A DNA stretch of 10,959 nt from Candidatus Sumerlaeia bacterium (GTDB taxonomy: Bacteria > Sumerlaeota > Sumerlaeia > SLMS01). The position numbers and the translations under genes are program-made. The stretch spans positions 1-10,959 of the forward strand of contig JBBQYG010000140.1 in assembly GCA_038208905.1 (NCBI GenBank), written 5' to 3'. Numbering within the stretch: the first letter of the stretch is position 1; every line of letters begins with the position of its first letter. Below, one piece after another: positions 8,412-10,959 of the stretch. The notes below the pieces were generated by a model. It was not told the DNA's origin, searched no databases, and was given only the letters and a program-made list of their open reading frames with translations.

Positions 8412-8440
8412 TTGTGCCTACCGGGGAGTGGGATTATTCT
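8412..8440 (+). promoter_or_regulatory. Putative sigma70 promoter for the BPL-N domain gene
   Basis: TTGTGC (8412-8417), 17-nt spacer, TATTCT (8435-8440). It lies after the terminator and 66 nt before the proposed ATG. Confidence 0.5.
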
Positions 8441-8506
8441 CAAAACTGATCGGGCAGCATGCGACAGCAGCCCCACGCACCCCGCGACCTTCCGGAGCTT
8501 TCCCAA

Positions 8507-9844
8507 ATGGTTATGCCTCACATCGCAGTTCGGTCCGCCTTCATTGCGGCATTCTTCGCGTTCGTTCCGATGGTTCTTTCCGCGGCGGAGGCTCGCTTCG
8601 TTCGCGAGATGCGCCGTCAGGGCGCAGTGCCGGGCCCGGAGGTCGTCGTCGTGGTCCCTGCGCGTCCTTTCGAAACCAGCATGGAGCTGGCTGATCAGCT
8701 CAACCGGTGGGAGCTCCCCAAGGGCTCTCTCTTGATTCTCGAGTACGATGGAGCAACCACAGGCACGATCACCACCGACGCGGTGCTGAAGGCGGCGGCG
8801 CTCAGGACCAAGGGAACGGTTGTGGTGGTGGCGGAGGACGTCGATCCGCTCCCGAAGTCGCGAAAGAACCGCGTCCCTTCCCTGCGCTCCACCAATCTGG
8901 AAACCGCCGTCCCTCAAGTGAAGCAGGCCATGTCGGCCACCTTCGTGGAGGAGGTGCCCAAAATCAACGTGGCGACGCTAAAGCTTGAGGGACCCGCCGC
9001 GGCGCATGTGCTCCGCTTCTCGGCATCCGATACCACGACCTCTCGCCGCATCCGATGGTCGCGCCTTTTTGTTCACGCACTACTTGAGGATCGGGGTATG
9101 GCGCCCGCCAGGGAGAGCCTTCCAAGGCTCCTCGCCAAGGGCGAGCGCGCCTATGCGATGTATGACTGCGAGGGAGTCGGCGGGCTTGGGCCCAGTCGAT
9201 TGACGGAGATCATCTCCCGCACCTCCGGTGGCCTGACGTTGACTCCGATTTCGCCAGAGGATATTCGCGAGGGCGCGCTTGAGCCGTTTGCCGGAGTGCT
9301 CTTTCCCGGCGGCGGAGCCAAGACCATCGCCACGGCCCTGCGCCCTGAAGGACAGCAGGCCGTGAAGGAATTCGTTCACGGTGGCGGCGGATACGTTGGC
9401 GTCTGCGCGGGGGCCTATCTGGCCACTTGCGCCATCGACGGGTATCTCAGGATGGTGGGCACCAACCACTCACAGCCTTGGGCCCGCGGGGGTTCCATGC
9501 TGGAGGTTGAACTAACGCCCGAGGGGCGCGAGCTATTGGGCGATGAATTCGCGACCTTCACCACGCGCTACAACAACGGCCCCGTCTTCCTTGGCGGAGA
9601 GGGCTCCGTGCCCGAGGGCGAGTTCTCGCCGATCACCGTCCTCGCCAATTTCAAGTCGCCCGCCGTCCACAGCTCCGGACGCGTCGCCACCGACATGGTG
9701 GGGACACCCGCCATCATGGCCTCGGAGTACGGCAAGGGCCGCATCCTGCTGGTGAGCCCGCACCCCGAGACTCACGAGGAACTGAACCCAATGATGTCGC
9801 GCGGGCTGCGGTGGTCGCTGGGACTCGAGCCGGTGGGGGAGTAG
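8507..9844 (+). CDS. Exported protein with C-terminal class I glutamine-amidotransferase-like BPL-N domain, ~445 aa
   Basis: GVLFPGGG, GGGYVGVCAGAY (Cys at 9404), YNNGP and GKGRILLVSPHPE (HPE at 9761-9769). Start moved from 8459 to ATG 8507 because of GGAG at 8494-8497 and the signal-like MVMPHIAVRSAFIAAFFAFVPMVLSA; ATG 8513 is an alternative. Confidence 0.82.
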   Translation: MVMPHIAVRSAFIAAFFAFVPMVLSAAEARFVREMRRQGAVPGPEVVVVVPARPFETSMELADQLNRWELPKGSLLILEYDGATTGTITTDAVLKAAALRTKGTVVVVAEDVDPLPKSRKNRVPSLRSTNLETAVPQVKQAMSATFVEEVPKINVATLKLEGPAAAHVLRFSASDTTTSRRIRWSRLFVHALLEDRGMAPARESLPRLLAKGERAYAMYDCEGVGGLGPSRLTEIISRTSGGLTLTPISPEDIREGALEPFAGVLFPGGGAKTIATALRPEGQQAVKEFVHGGGGYVGVCAGAYLATCAIDGYLRMVGTNHSQPWARGGSMLEVELTPEGRELLGDEFATFTTRYNNGPVFLGGEGSVPEGEFSPITVLANFKSPAVHSSGRVATDMVGTPAIMASEYGKGRILLVSPHPETHEELNPMMSRGLRWSLGLEPVGE

Positions 9845-9864
9845 CGGAGGGCGTTGTGAGGCGA

Positions 9865-10205
9865 TCATCTACCGAGTATGGGGACATCGTACTCGAAAAT
9901 TGCCGCGTCTGTCGTCACCAGCGTCAGGCCCTCTGCGCGAGCCTGCGCGACCACAAGGCGTGTTGCCCATGCGTGATCGGCTGTTACGGGAGCAGTGGGA
10001 ACCCCAGCCCTTGACAGGTATCTACGAAGTCCTCTGGCAGTTCGATCTTCCCTTTGGACAGCTTTATCGCCATTTCCCATATCGACGCTACGCTGACAAA
10101 GAACCCGTGTGAAGGGTCGGCAACCGCCGCACGGCACGCAGGCGAATGGCGCGGCGAATCGGCCCGCCACCAAAGCAGTATATGCGTGTCCAGCAAGAGT
10201 CTCAC
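9865..10205 (-). pseudogene. vapC: VapC/PIN-domain toxin, disrupted (frameshift plus internal deletion)
   Basis: GTG at 10205 overlaps the antitoxin stop (GTGA). (M)RLLLDTHILLWW...VSVASIWEMAIKLSKGKIELP...LLP ends at TAA 9986-9984. The C-terminal part VTADHAWATRLVVAQARAEGLTLVTTDAAIFEYDVPILGR continues in another frame to TGA 9867-9865. The HxDPFD motif is absent. Confidence 0.88.
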
Positions 10206-10468
10206 TCGGCAGACCGCTCCGTGGGAAAAAGGATCGACTCCCCGAACGCTGCCTCCAACTCCTCGTCCCGGTCCCAGCAATCGGGCGCTTCCCAAATCCT
10301 GCCCTTGAGGTCGCCGGAGACGCGCGGGGTTTGCGTCGTAGAGGGTAGCGGCATCAGTCGAGCCATCGGCCCGCCGTCTTTTGCTATGGCGATCTCTTCG
10401 CCCGCGGCGGCGCGGCGGACGAGTTGCGATAAGTTGGTCCTTGCCTCGTGCATGTTGATGACTGCCAC
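10202..10468 (-). CDS. vapB: Type II antitoxin, Phd/YefM family, 88 aa
   Basis: MAVINMHEARTNLSQLVRRAAAGEEIAIAKDGGPMARLMP is a typical Phd/YefM N-terminus. GTG start with AAAGGGG upstream on the - strand. It lies directly upstream of, and overlaps, the PIN toxin. Confidence 0.92.
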   Translation of the reverse strand: MAVINMHEARTNLSQLVRRAAAGEEIAIAKDGGPMARLMPLPSTTQTPRVSGDLKGRIWEAPDCWDRDEELEAAFGESILFPTERSAE

Positions 10469-10642
10469 GGTAGAAGCCCCTTTCGCCTCTTGGTGGGGTG
10501 GCGTTGTACCCCTGTGCGTTCTTCGTTAAGCGTATCCCATCGGGATGCGGCCCCGCCGGACGCCGTCTGCGCTTGCCTTGCAACCGTCTTCGGCCCTCGA
10601 ATCGGGGGCTTGCCTGATTTCCCGAATGGAGCATGAGGCCCG

Positions 10643-10959
10643 ATGGCGGGTGGATTGCAAAGTACTCTTGAACCCTATGTCCCGGACGATCTTCCGTCAG
10701 ATCCGTCCGTGTCCTACAACCCCGCGCGGGCGCGCGTGACGCAGTCCGAGGTGCGCCTCCCATCGGATCCGGGAAAGGCGCCGGAGACGGTGCTGGACCC
10801 CTCCCCGGGGAGCGGCAGCCACCGGACAACAGGCCTTCCGCCCCTGAAGGAGAGCGACTTCCCCGATCCCCCGGATGCGCAAGTGTACCCGCGCAGCTCC
10901 GGTTATTCGCTGAACCACATCGTGGGGCGCGGCGGATTTGGCGAAGTGTGGAAGACCTA
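10643..10959 (+). CDS. Serine/threonine protein kinase (Hanks type), 3'-partial
   Basis: Open frame from ATG 10643 (MAGGLQSTLEPYVPDD...) to the window edge, ending GYSLNHIVGRGGFGEVWKT, the subdomain I glycine-rich loop (10925-10951). Start is uncertain and only the first kinase motif is visible. Confidence 0.75.
   Translation, partial: MAGGLQSTLEPYVPDDLPSDPSVSYNPARARVTQSEVRLPSDPGKAPETVLDPSPGSGSHRTTGLPPLKESDFPDPPDAQVYPRSSGYSLNHIVGRGGFGEVWKT

Noticed and set aside
7886..8917. 343-aa minus-strand ORF
   Set aside because: Antisense to two supported genes and spanning their terminator and promoter; no recognisable motifs.
8507..9844. Calling the gene a biotin-protein ligase (birA)
   Set aside because: Only the GATase1-like BPL-N domain is present. 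There is no GRGR biotin-binding or KWPND catalytic motif, and a signal peptide is likely.
9981..9995. Programmed frameshift producing active VapC
   Set aside because: There is no X XXY YYZ slippery heptamer, and the reframed product would still lack the DPFD motif.
9845..10642. Mobile element or island carrying the TA pair
   Set aside because: No transposase, integrase, tRNA, terminal inverted repeats or flanking direct repeats were found by eye.
9984..10829. 281-aa minus-strand ORF and 102-aa ORF 9865-10173 as genes
   Set aside because: Only 10205-9984 and about 9987-9865 are PIN-like. The remainder is out-of-frame read-through across the antitoxin, the promoter region and the kinase gene.

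Overview
GC-rich bacterial chromosomal window, almost fully coding. On the + strand: (1) the 3' 931 codons of a large surface/secreted protein that is already open at base 1, with a strict (Thr-X)n stalk, a Cys-bracketed WPG domain, a PPT linker, a CHRD domain and a duplicated ~190-aa C-terminal domain, followed by an intrinsic terminator; (2) a class I/II PLP aminotransferase; (3-4) two translationally coupled membrane proteins, one polytopic with a large soluble C-terminal domain and atypical composition, the other with an ABC-2-permease-like motif; (5) a small TPR protein, preceded by a 70-nt hairpin and followed by a terminator-like hairpin; (6) a signal-peptide protein with an apparently degenerate M14/AstE-like N-domain and a GATase1-like BPL-N domain. 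On the - strand is a Phd/YefM-VapC type II TA pair whose toxin carries a frameshift and an apparent deletion of the DPFD motif. Divergent from it, the start of a Ser/Thr kinase (missing from the ORF track) runs off the right edge. No RNA genes, CRISPR array or mobile element were recognised. The gene style suggests Sumerlaeota or a PVC-like lineage, which is only an impression. No novel system is proven; the best candidates are the surface-protein domains, the membrane-protein pair and the 7797-7866 hairpin.
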